This document shows, in pieces, positions 1-13,027 of a stretch of 64,000 nucleotides of DNA; position 1 is the first letter of the stretch; every line of letters begins with the position of its first letter. The notes under the pieces were generated by a model that ran no database searches, had not been told where the DNA came from, and saw only the letters and a list, made by a program, of their open reading frames with translations. The position numbers and the translations under genes were made by a program. The DNA is from the human T2T-CHM13v2.0 reference genome, Homo sapiens. The DNA lies in the NCBI RefSeq assembly GCF_009914755.1, contig NC_060925.1; one strand, 5' to 3'.

Positions 1-55
1 CAACATCGAATGAATCAAATGGAAACACCATCGAATTGAAACGAATGGAATTATC

Positions 56-2426
56 ATGAAATTGAAATGGATGGACTCATCATCGAATGGATTCGAATGG
101 AATCATCGAATAAAATTGATTGAAATCATCATCGAATGGAATCGAATGGTATCATTGAATGGAATCGAATGGAATCATCATCAGATGGAAATGAATGGAA
201 TCGTCATAGAATGGAATCGAATGGATTCATTGAATGGAATCAGATGGAATCATCGAATGGACTGGAATGGAATCATTGAATGGACTCGAAAGGGATCATG
301 ATTGAATGGAATTGAATGGAATCATCGAATGGTCTCGATTGGAATCATTATCAAATGGAATCGAATGGAATCACCGAATAGAATCGAATGGAACAATCAT
401 CGAATGGACTCAAATGGAATTATCCTCAAATGGAATCGAATGGAATTATCGAATGCAATCGAATGGAATTATCGAATGCAATCGAATAGAATCATCGAAT
501 GGACTCGAATGGAATCATCGAATGGAATGGAATGGAACAGTCAATGAACTCGAATGGAATCATCATTGAATGGAATCGAATGGAATCATCGAGTGGAATC
601 GAATGGAATTATGATCAAATGGAATCGAATGTAATCATCATCAAATGGAATCAAAAATAACCATCATCAATTGGTATTGAATGGAATTGTCATCAAATGG
701 AATTCAAAGGAATCATCATCAAATGGAACCGAATGGAATCCTCATTGAATGGAAATGAAAGGGGTCATCATCTAATGGAATCGCATGGAATCATCATCAA
801 ATGGAATCGAATGGAATCATCATCAAATGGAATCTAATGGAATCATTGAACAGAATTGAATGGAATCGTCATCGAATGAATTGAATGCAATCATCGAATG
901 GTCTCGAATGGAATCATCTTCTAATGGAAAGGAATGGAATCATCGCATAGAATCGAATGGAATTATCATCGAATGGAATCGAATGGTATCAACACCAAAC
1001 GGAAAAAAACGGAATTATCGAATGGAATCGAAGAGAATCTTCGAACGGACCCGAATGGAATCATCTAATGGAATGGAATGGAATAATCCATGGACTCGAA
1101 TGCAATCATCATCGAATGGAATCGAATGGAATCATCGAATGGACTCGAATGGAATAATCATTGAACGGAATCGAATGGAATCATCATCGGATGGAAACGA
1201 ATGGAATCATCATCGAATGGAAATGAAAGGAGTCATCATCTAATGGAATTGCATGGAATCATCATAAAATGGAATCGAATGGAATCAACATCAAATCGAA
1301 TCAAACGGAATCATTGAACGGAATTGAATGGAATCGTCATCGAATGAATTGACTGCAATCATCGAATGGTCTCGAATGGAATCATCTTCAAATGGAATGG
1401 AATGGAATCATCGCATAGAATCGAATGGAATTATCACCGAAAGCAATTGAATGGAATCAACATCAAACGGAAAAAAACGGAATTATCGAATGGAATCGAA
1501 GAGAATCATCGAATGGACCCGAATGGAATCATCTAATGGAATGGAATGGAATAATCCATGGACTCGAATGCAATCATCATCGAATGGAATCGAATGGAAT
1601 CATCGAATGAACTCGAATGGAATCATCATTGAATGGAATCGAATGGAATCATCGAGTGGAATCGAATGGAATTATGATCAAATGGAATCGAATGTAATCA
1701 TCATCAAATGGAATCAAAAATAACCATCATCAATTGGTATTCAATGGAATTGTCATCAAATGGAATTCAAAGGAATCATCATCAAATGGAACCGAATGGA
1801 ATCCTCATTGAATGGAAATGAAAGGGGTCATCATCTAAAGGAATCACATGGAATCATCATCAAATGGAATCGAATGGAATCTTCATCAAATGGAATCTAA
1901 TGGAATCATTGAACAGAATTGAATGGAATCGTCATCGAATGAATTGAATGCAATCATCGAATGGTCTCGAATGGAATCATCTTCTAATGGAAAGGAATGG
2001 AAACATCGCATAGAATCGAATGGAATTATCATCGAATGGAATCGAATGGTATCAACACCAAACGGAAAAAAACGGAATTATCGAAAGGAATCGAAGAGAA
2101 TCTTCGAACGGACCCGAATGGAATCATCTAATGGAATGGAATGGAATAATCCATGGACTCGAATGCAATCATCATCGAATGGAATCGAATGGAATCATCG
2201 AATGGACTCGAATGGAATAATCATTGAACGCAATCGAATGGAATCATCATCGGATGGAAATGAATGGAATCATCATCGAATGGAATCGAATAGAATTATG
2301 GAATGAAATCCAGTGTGATCATCATCGAATGGACCCGAATGGAATCATCATCCAACAGAAGCTAATGGAATCAACATCGAATGAATCGAATGGAAACACC
2401 ATGGAATTCAAACGAATGGAATTACC
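56..2426 (+). repeat. Variant unit, 2,371 bp (1776 + 1063 - 468)
   Basis: The B copy is broken at ~1606-1610 and jumps back 1063 bp in unit phase (EcoRI sites at 700 and 1763). The following copy at 1923 starts A-type and ends B-type. Confidence 0.88.
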
Positions 2427-4794
2427 ATGAAATTGAAATGGATGGACTCATCATCGAATGGATTCGGATGGAATCATCGAATAAAATTGATTGAAATCAT
2501 CATCGAATGAAATCGAATGGTATCATTGAATGGAATCGAATGGAATCATCATCAGATGGAAATGAATGGAATCGTCATAGAATGGAATCGAATGGATTCA
2601 TTGAATGGAATCAGATGGAATCATCGAATGGACTGGAATGGAATCATTGAATGGACTCGAAAGGGATCATGATTGAATGGAATTGAATGGAATCATCGAA
2701 TGGTCTCGATTGGAATCATTATTAAATGGAATCGAATGGAATCACCGAATAGAATCGAATGGAACAATCATCGAATGGACTCAAATGGAATTATCCTTTA
2801 ATGGAATCGAATGGAATTATCGAATGCAATCGAATAGAATCATCGAATGGACTCGAATGGAATCATCGAATGGAATGGAATGGAACAGTCAATGAACTCG
2901 AATGGAATCATCATTGAATGGAATCGAATGGAATCATCGAGTGGAATCGAATGGAATTATGATCAAATGGAATCGAATGTAATCATCATCAAATGGAATC
3001 AAAAATAACCATCATCAATTGGTATTGAATGGAATTGTCATCAAATGGAATTCAAAGGAATCATCATCAAATGGAACCGAATGGAATCCTCATTGAATGG
3101 AAATGAAAGGGGTCATCATCTAATGGAATCGCATGGAATCATCATCAAATGGGATCGAATGGAATCATCATCAAATGGAATCTAATGGAATCATTGAACA
3201 GAATTGAATGGAATCGTCATCGAATGAATTGAATGCAATCATCGAATGGTCTCGAATGGAATCATCTTCTAATGGAAAGGAATGGAATCATCGCTTAGAA
3301 TCGAATGGAATTATCATCGAATGGAATCGAATGGTATCAACACCAAACGGAAAAAAACGGAATTATCGAATGGAATCGAAGAGAATCTTCGAACGGACCC
3401 GAATGGAATCATCTAATGGAATGGAATGGAATAATCCATGGACTCGAATGCAATCATCATCGAATGGAATCGAATGGAATCATCGAATGGACTCGAATGG
3501 AATAATCATTGAACGGAATCGAATGGAATCATCATCGGATGGAAACGAATGGAATCATCATCGAATGGAAATGAAAGGAGTCATCATCTAATGGAATTGC
3601 ATGGAATCATCATAAAATGGAATCGAATGGAATCAACATCAAATGGAATCAAATGGAATCATTGAACGGAATTGAATGGAATCGTCATCGAATGAATTGA
3701 CTGCAATCATCGAATGGTCTCGAATGTAATCACATTCTAATGGAAAGGAATGGAATCATCGCATAGAATCGAATGGAATTAACATTGAATGGACTCGAAT
3801 GGAATCAACATCAAACGGAATCAAGCGGAATTATCGAATGGAATCGAAGAGAATCATCGAATGGTCTCGAATGGAATCATCTTCTAATGGAAAGGAATGG
3901 AATCATCGCATAGAATCGAATGGAATTAACATTGAATGGACTCGAATGGAATCAACATCAAATGGAATCAAGCGGAATTATCGAATGAAATCGAAGAGAA
4001 TCATCGAATGGACTCGAATGGAATCATCTAATGGAATGGAATGGAATAATCCACGGACTCGAATGCAATCATCATCGTATAGAATCGAATGGAATCATCG
4101 AATGGACTCGAATGGAATAATCATCGAACGGAAGCGAATGGAATCATCATCGGATGGAAACGAATGGAATCATCATCGAATGGAAATGAAAGGAGTCATC
4201 ATCTAATGGAATTGCATGGAATCATCATAAAATGGAATCGAATGGAATCAAAATCAAATGGAATCAAATGGAATCATTGAACGGAATTGAATGGAATCGT
4301 CATCGAATGAATTGACTGCAATCATCGAATGGTCTCGAATGGAATCATCTTCAAATGGAATGGAATGGAATCATCGCATAGAATCGAATGGAATTATCAT
4401 CGAATGGAATCGAATGGAATCAACATCAAACGGAAAAAAACGGAATTATCGAATGGAATCGAAGAGAATCATCGAATGGACCCGAATGGAATCATCTAAT
4501 GGAATGGAATGGAATAATCCATGGACTCGAATGCAATCATCATCGAATGGAATCGAATGGAATCATCGAATGGACTCGAATGGAATAATCATTGAAGGGA
4601 ATCGAATGGAATCATCATCGGATGGAAATGAATGGAATCATCATCGAATGGAATCGAATAGAATTATGGAATGAAATCCAGTGTGATCATCTTCGAATGG
4701 ACCCGAATGGAATCATCATCCAACGGAAGCTAATGGAATCAACATCGAATGAATCGAATGGAAACACCATCGAATTGAAACGAATGGAATTATC
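2427..4794 (+). repeat. Variant unit, 2,368 bp (1776 - 23 + 615)
   Basis: One GAATGGAATTATCGAATGCAATC monomer is missing near 2810. An extra divergent 615-bp module lies at 3676-4290 between A (3208) and B (4291). Confidence 0.88.
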
Positions 4795-7700
4795 ATGAAA
4801 TTGAAATGGATGGACTCATCATCGGATGGATTCGAATGGAATCATCGAATAAAATTGATTGAAATCATCATCCAATGGAATCGAATGGTATCATTGGATG
4901 GAATCGAATGGAATCATCATCAGATGGAAATGAATGGAATCGTCATAGAATGGAATCGAATGGATTCATTGAATGGAATCAGATGGAATCATCGAATGGA
5001 CTGGAATGGAATCATTGAATGGACTCGAAAGGGATCATGATTGAATGGAATTGAATGGAATCATCGAATGGTCTCGATTGGAATCATTATCAAATGGAAT
5101 CGAATGGAATCACCGAATAGAATCGAATGGAACAATCATCGAATGGACTCAAATGGAATTATCCTCAAATGGAATCGAATGGAATTATCGAATGCAATCG
5201 AATGGAATTATCGAATGCAATCGAATAGAATCATCGAATGGACTCGAATGGAATCATCGAATGGAATGGAATGGAACAGTCAATGAACTCGAATGGAATC
5301 ATCATTGAATGGAATCGAATGGAATCATCGAGTGGAATCGAATGGAATTATGATCAAATGCAATCGAATGTAATCCTCATCAAATGGAATCAAAAATAAC
5401 CATCATCAATTGGTATTGAATGGAATTGTCATCAAATGGAATTCAAAGGAATCATCATCAAATGGAACCGAATGGAATCCTCATTGAATGGAAATGAAAG
5501 GGGTCATCATCTAATGGAATCGCATGGAATCATCATCAAATGGAATCGAATGGAATCATCATCAAATGGAATCTAATGGAATCATTGAACAGAATTGAAT
5601 GGAATCGTCATCGAATGAATTGAATGCAATCATCGAATGGTCTCGAATGGAATCATCTTCTAATGGAAAGGAATGGAATCATCGCATAGAATCGAATGGA
5701 ATTATCATCGAATGGAATCGAATGGTATCAACACCAAACGGAAAAAAACGGAATTATCGAATGGAATCGAAGAGAATCTTCGAACGGACCCGAATGGAAT
5801 CATCTAATGGAATGGAATGGAATAATCCATGGACCCGAATGCAATCATCATCGAATGGAATCGAATGGAATCATCGAATGGACTCGAATGGAATAATCAT
5901 TGAACGGAATCGAATGGAATCATCATCGGATGGAAACGAATGGAATCATCATCGAATGGAAATGAAAGGAGTCATCATCTAATGGAATTGCATGGAATCA
6001 TCATAAAATGGAATCGAATGGAATCAACATCAAATGGAATCAAATGGAATCATTGAACGGAATTGAATGGAATCGTCATCGAATGAATTGACTACAATCA
6101 CCGAATGGTCTCGAATGGAATCATCTTCAAATGGAATGGAATGGAATCATCGCATAGAATCGAATGGAATTATCATCGAATGGAATCGAATGGAATCAAC
6201 ATCAAACGGAAAAAAACAGAATTATCGTATGGAATCGAAGAGAATCATCGAATGGACCCGAAAGGAATCATCTAATGGAATGGAATGGAATAATCCATGG
6301 ACTCGAATGCAATCATCATCAAATGGAATCGAATGGAATCATCGAATGGACTCGAATGGAATAATCATTGAACGGAATCGAATGGAATCATCATCGGATG
6401 GAAATGAATGGAATCATCATCGAATGGAATCGAATAGAATTATGGAATGAAATCCAGTGTGATCATCATCGAATGGACCCGAATGGAATCATCATCCAAC
6501 GGAAGCTAATGGAATCAACATCGAATGAATCAAATGGAAACACCATCGAATTGAACCGAATGGAATTATCATGAAATTGAAATGGATGGACTCATCATCG
6601 AATGGATTCGAATGGAATCATCGAATAAAATTGATTGAAATCATCATCGAATGGAATCGAATGGTATCATTGAATGGAATCGAATGGAATCATCATCAGA
6701 TGGAAATGAATGGAATCGTCATAGAATGGAATCGAATGGATTCATTGAATGGAATCAGATGGAATCATCGAATGGACTGGAATGGAATCATTGAATGGAC
6801 TCGAAAGGGATCATTATTGAATGGAATTGAATGGAATCATCGAATGGTCTCGATTGGAATCATTATCAAATGGAATCGAATGGAATCACCGAATAGAATC
6901 GAATGGAACAATCATCGAATGGACTCAAATGGAATTATCCTCAAATGGAATGGAATGGAATTATCGAATGCAATCGAATGGAATTATCGAATGCAATCGA
7001 ATAGAATCATCGAATGGACTCGAATGGAATCATCGAATGGAATGGAATGGAACAGTCAATGAACTCGAATGGAATCATCATTGAATGGAATCGAATGGAA
7101 TCATCGAGTGGAATCGAATGGAATTATGATCAAATGGAATCGAATGTAATCATCATCAAATGGAATCAAAAATAACCATCATCAATTGGTATTGAATGGA
7201 ATTGTCATCAAATGGAATTCAAAGGAATCATCATCAAATGGAACCGAATGGAATCCTCATTGAATGGAAATGAAAGGGGTCATCATCTAATGGAATCGCA
7301 TGGAATCATCATCAAATGGAATCGAATGGAATCATCATCAAATGGAATCTAATGGAATCATTGAACAGAATTGAATGGAATGGTCATCGAATGAATTGAA
7401 TGCAATCATCGAATGGTCTCGAATGGAATCATCTTCTAATGGAAAGGAATGGAATCATCGCATAGAATCGATTGGAATTATCATCGAATGGAATCGAATG
7501 GTATCAACACCAAACGGAAAAAAACGGAATTATCGAATGGAATCGAAGAGAATCTTCGAACGGACCCGAATGGAATCATCTAATGGAATGGAATGGAATA
7601 ATCCATGGACTCGAATGCAATCATCATCGAATGGAATCGAATGGAATCATCGAATGGACTCGAATGGAATAATCATTGAACGGAATCGAATGGAATCATC

Positions 7701-10118
7701 ATCGGATGGAAACGAATGGAATCATCATCGAATGGAAATGAAAGGAGTCATCATCTAATGGAATTGCATGGAATCATCATAAAATGGAATCGAATGGAAT
7801 CAACATCAAATGGAATCAAATGGAATCATTGAACGGAATTGAATGGAATCGTCATCGAATGAATTGACTGCAATCATCCAATGGTCTCGGAATCATCTTC
7901 AAATGGAATGGAATGGAATCATCGCATAGAATCGAATGGAATTATCATCGAATGGAATGGAATGGAATCAACATCAAACGGAAAAAAACGGAATTATCGA
8001 ATGGAATCGAAGAGAATCATCGAATGGACCCGAATGGAATCATCTAATGGAATGGAATGGAATAATCCATGGACTCGAATGCAATCATCATCGAATGGAA
8101 TCGAATGGAATCATCGAATGGACTCGAATGGAATAATCATTGAACGGAATCGAATGGAATCATCATCGGATGGAAATGAATGGAATCATCATCGAATGGA
8201 ATCGAATAGAATTATGGAATGAAATCCAGTGTGATCATCATCGAATGGACCCGAATGGAATCATCATCCAACGGAAGCTAATGGAATCAACATCGAATGA
8301 ATCGAATGGAAACACCATCGAATTGAAACGAATGGAATTATCATGAAATTGAAATGGATGGACTCATCATCGAATGGATTCGAATGGAATCATCGAATAA
8401 AATTGATTGAAATCATCATCGAATGGAATCGAATGGTATCATTGAATGGAATCGAATGGAATCATCATCAGATGGAAATGAATGGAATCGTCATAGAATG
8501 GAATCGAATGGATTCATTGAATGGAATCAGATGGAATCATCGAATGGACTGGAATGGAATCATTGAATGGACTCGAAAGGGATCATGATTGAATGGAATT
8601 GAATGGAATCATCGAATGGTCTCGATTGGAATCATTATCAAATGGAATCGAATGGAATCACCGAATAGAATCGAATGGAACAATCATCGAATGGACTCAA
8701 ATGGAATTATCCTCAAATGGAATCGAATGGAATTATCGAATGCAATCGAATGGAATTATCGAATGCAATCGAATAGAATCATCGAATGGACTCGAATGGA
8801 ATCATCGAATGGAATGGAATGGAACAGTCAATGAACTCGAATGGAATCATCATTGAATGGAATCGAATGGAATCATCGAGTGGAATCGAATGGAATTATG
8901 ATCAAATGGAATCGAATGTAATCATCATCAAATGGAATCAAAAATAACCATCATCAATTGGTATTGAATGGAATTGTCATCAAATGGAATTCAAAGGAAT
9001 CATCATCAAATGGAACCGAATGGAATCCTCATTGAATGGAAATGAAAGGGGTCATCATCTAATGGAATCGCATGGAATCATCACCAAATGGAATCGAATG
9101 GAATCATCATCAAATGGAATCTAATGGAATCATTGAACAGAATTGAATGGAATCGTCATCAAATGATTTGAATGCAATCATCGAATGGTCTCGAATGGAA
9201 TCATCTTCTAATGGAAAGGAATGGAATCATCGCATAGAATCGAATGGAATTATCATCGAATGGAATCGAATGGTATCAACACCAAACGGAAATAAACGGA
9301 ATTATCAAATGGAATCGAAGAGAATCTTCGAACGGACCCGAATGGAATCATCTAATGGAATGGAATGGAATAATCCATGGACTCGAATGCAATCATCATC
9401 GAATGGAATCGAATGGAATCATCGAATGGACTCGAATGGAATAATCATTGAACGGAATCGAATGGAATCATCATCGGATGGAAACGAATGGAATCATCAT
9501 CGAATGGAAATGAAAGGAGTCATCATCTAATGCAATTGCATGGAGTCATCATCAAATGGAATCGAATGGAATCAACATCAAATGGAATCTAATGGAATCA
9601 TTGAACAGAATTGAATGGAATCGTCATCGAATGAATTGACTGCAATCATCGAATGGTCTCGAATGGAATCATCTTCAAATGGAATGGAATGGAATCATCG
9701 CATAGAATCGAATGGAATTATCATCGAATGGAATCGAATGGAATCAACATCAAACGGAAAAAAACGGAATTATCGAATGGAATCGAAGAGAATCATCGAA
9801 TGGACCCGAATGGAATCATCTAATGGAATGGAATGGAATAATCCATGGACTCGAATGCAATCATCATCGAATGGAATCGAATGGAATCATCGAATGGACT
9901 CGAATGGAATAATCATTGAACGGAATCGAATGGAATCATCATCAGATGGAAATGAATGGAATCATCATCGAATGGAATCGAATAGAATTATGGAATGAAA
10001 TCCAGTGTGATCATCATCGAATGGACCCGAATGGAATCATCATCCAAAGGAAGCTAATGGAATCAACATCGAATGAATCAAATGGAAACACCATCGAATA
10101 GAAACGAATGGAATTATC

Positions 10119-13027
10119 ATGAAATTGAAATGGATGGACTCATCATCGAATGGATTCGAATGGAATCATCGAATAAAATTGATTGAAATCATCATCGAAT
10201 GGAATCGAATGGTATCATTGAATGGAATCGAATGGAATCATCATCAGATGGAAATGAATGGAATCGTCATAGAATGGAATCGAATGGATTCATTGAATGG
10301 AATCAGATGGAATCATCGAATGGACTGGAATGGAATCATTGAATGGACTCGAAAGGGATCATGATTGAATGGAATTGAATGGAATCATCGAATGGTCTCG
10401 ATTGGAATCATTATCAAATGGAATCGAATGGAATCACCGAATAGAATCGAATGGAACAATCATCGAATGGACTCAAATGGAATTATACTCAAATGGAATC
10501 GAATGGAATTATCGAATGCAATCGAATGGAATTATCGAATGCAATCGAATAGAATGATCGAATGGACTCGAATGGAATCATCGAATGGAATGCAATGGAA
10601 CAGTCAATGAACTCGAATGGAATCATCATTGAATGGAATCGAATGGAATCATCGATTGGAATCGAATGGAATTATGATCAAATGGAATCGAATGTAATCC
10701 TCATCAAATGGAATCAAAAATAACCATCATCAATTGGTATTGAATGGAATTGTCATCAAATGGAATTCAAAGGAATCATCATCAAATGGAACCGAATGGA
10801 ATCCTCATTGAATGGAAATGAAAGGGGTCATCATCTAATGGAATCGCATGGAATCATCATCAAATGGAATCGAATGGAATCATCATCAAATGGAATCTAA
10901 TGGAATCATTGAACAGAATTGAATGGAATCGTCATCGAATGAATTGAATGCAATCATCGAATGGTCTCGAATGGAATCATCTTCTAATGGAAAGGAATGG
11001 AATCATCGCATAGAATCGAATGGAATTATCATCGAATGGAATCGAATGGTATCAACACCAAACGGAAAAAAACGGAATTATCGAATGGAATCGAAGAGAA
11101 TCTTCGAACGGACCCGAATGGAATCATCTAATGGAATGGAATGGAATAATCCATGGACTCGAATGCAATCATCATCGAATGGAATCGAATGGAATCATCG
11201 AATGGACTCGAATGGAATAATCATTGAACGGAATCCAATGGAATCATCATCGGATGGAAACGAATGGAATCATCATCGAATGGAAATGAAAGGAGTCATC
11301 ATCTAATGGAATTGCATGGAATCATCATAAAATGGAATCGAATGGTATCATTGAATGGAATCGAATGGAATCATCATCAGATGGAAATGAATGGAATCGT
11401 CATAGAATGGAATCGAATGGATTCATTGAATGGAATCAGATGGAATCATCGAATGGACTGGAATGGAATCATTGAATGGACTCGAAAGGGATCATGATTG
11501 AATGGAATTGAATGGAATCATCGAATGGTCTCGATTGGAATCATTATCAAATGGAATCGAATGGAATCACCGAATAGAATCGAATGGAACAATCATCGAA
11601 TGGACTCAAATGGAATTATCCTCCAATGGAATGGAATGGAATTATCGAATGCAATCGAATGGAATTATCGAATGCAATCGAATAGAATCATCGAATGGAC
11701 TCGAATGGAATCATCGAATGGAATGGAATGGAACAGTCAATGAACTCGAATGGAATCATCATTGAATGGAATCGAATGGAATCATCGAGTGGAATCGAAT
11801 GGAATTATGATCAAATGGAATCGAATGTAATCATCATCAAATGGAATCAAAAATAACCATCATCAATTGGTATTGAATGGAATTGTCATCAAATGGAATT
11901 CAAAGGAATCATCATCAAATGGAACCGAATGGAATCCTCATTGAATGGAAATGAAAGGGGTCATCATCTAATGGAATCGCATGGAATCATCATCAAATGG
12001 AATCGAATGGAATCATCATCAAATGGAATCTAATGGAATCATTGAACAGAATTGAATGGAATCGTCATCGAATGAATTGAATGCAATCATCGAATGGTCT
12101 CGAATGGAATCATCTTCTAATGGAAAGGAATGGAATCATCGCATAGAATCGAATGGAATTATCATCGAATGGAATCGAATGGTATCAACACCAAACGGAA
12201 AAAAACGGAATTATCGAATGGAATCGAAGAGAATCTTCGAACGGACCCGAATGGAATCATCTAATGGAATGGAATGGAATAATCCATGGACTCGAATGCA
12301 ATCATCATCGAATGGAATCGAATGGAATCATCGAATGGACTCGAATGGAATAATCATTGAACGGAATCGATTGGAATCATCATCGGATGGAAACGAATGG
12401 AATCATCATCGAATGGAAATGAAAGGAGTCATCATCTAATGGAATTGCATGGAATCATCATAAAATGGAATCGAATGGAATCAACATCAAATGGAATCAA
12501 ATGGAATCATTGAACGGAATTGAATGGAATCGTCATCGAATGAATTGACTGCAATCATCCAATGGTCTCGAATGGAATCATCTTCAAATGGAATGGAATG
12601 GAATCATCGCATAGAATCGAATGGAATTATCATCGAATGGAATCGAATGGAATCAACATCCAACGGAAAAAAACGGAATTATCGAATGGAATCGAAGAGA
12701 ATCATCGAATGGACCCGAATGGAATCATGTAATGGAATGGAATGGAATAATCCATGGACTCGAATGCAATCATCATCGAATGGAATCGAATGGAATCATC
12801 GAATGGACTCGTATGGAATAATCATTGAACGGAATCGAATGGAATCATCATCGGATGGAAATGAATGGAATCATCATCGAATGGAATCGAATAGAATTAT
12901 GGAATGAAATCCAGTGTGATCATCATCGAATGGACCCGAATGGAATCATCATCCAACGGAAGCTAATGGAATCAACATCGAATGAATCAAATGGAAACAC
13001 CATCGAATTGAAACGAATGGAATTACC
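10119..13027 (+). repeat. Two units fused by a 643-bp deletion (2,909 bp = 1133 + 1776)
   Basis: After A, CATCATAAAATGGAATCGAATGG continues directly into TATCATTGAATGG at 11346, which normally lies about 90 bp into the next unit. ORFs 10365->11498 and 10923->12056 are 1133 apart. Confidence 0.9.

Noticed and set aside
1030-1048. GAAGAGAATCTTCGAA as a heat-shock element, and TGATTGAATGG (~299) as a DUX4-like site
   Set aside because: Only two correctly spaced inverted nGAAn units, and only a partial match to the DUX4 consensus; not supportable as regulatory sites from sequence alone.
858-1325. 468 = 18 x 26, suggesting a pure 26-mer array
   Set aside because: Manual parsing gives 19 monomers of mixed length (10x26, 7x23, 25, 22); the divisibility is a coincidence.
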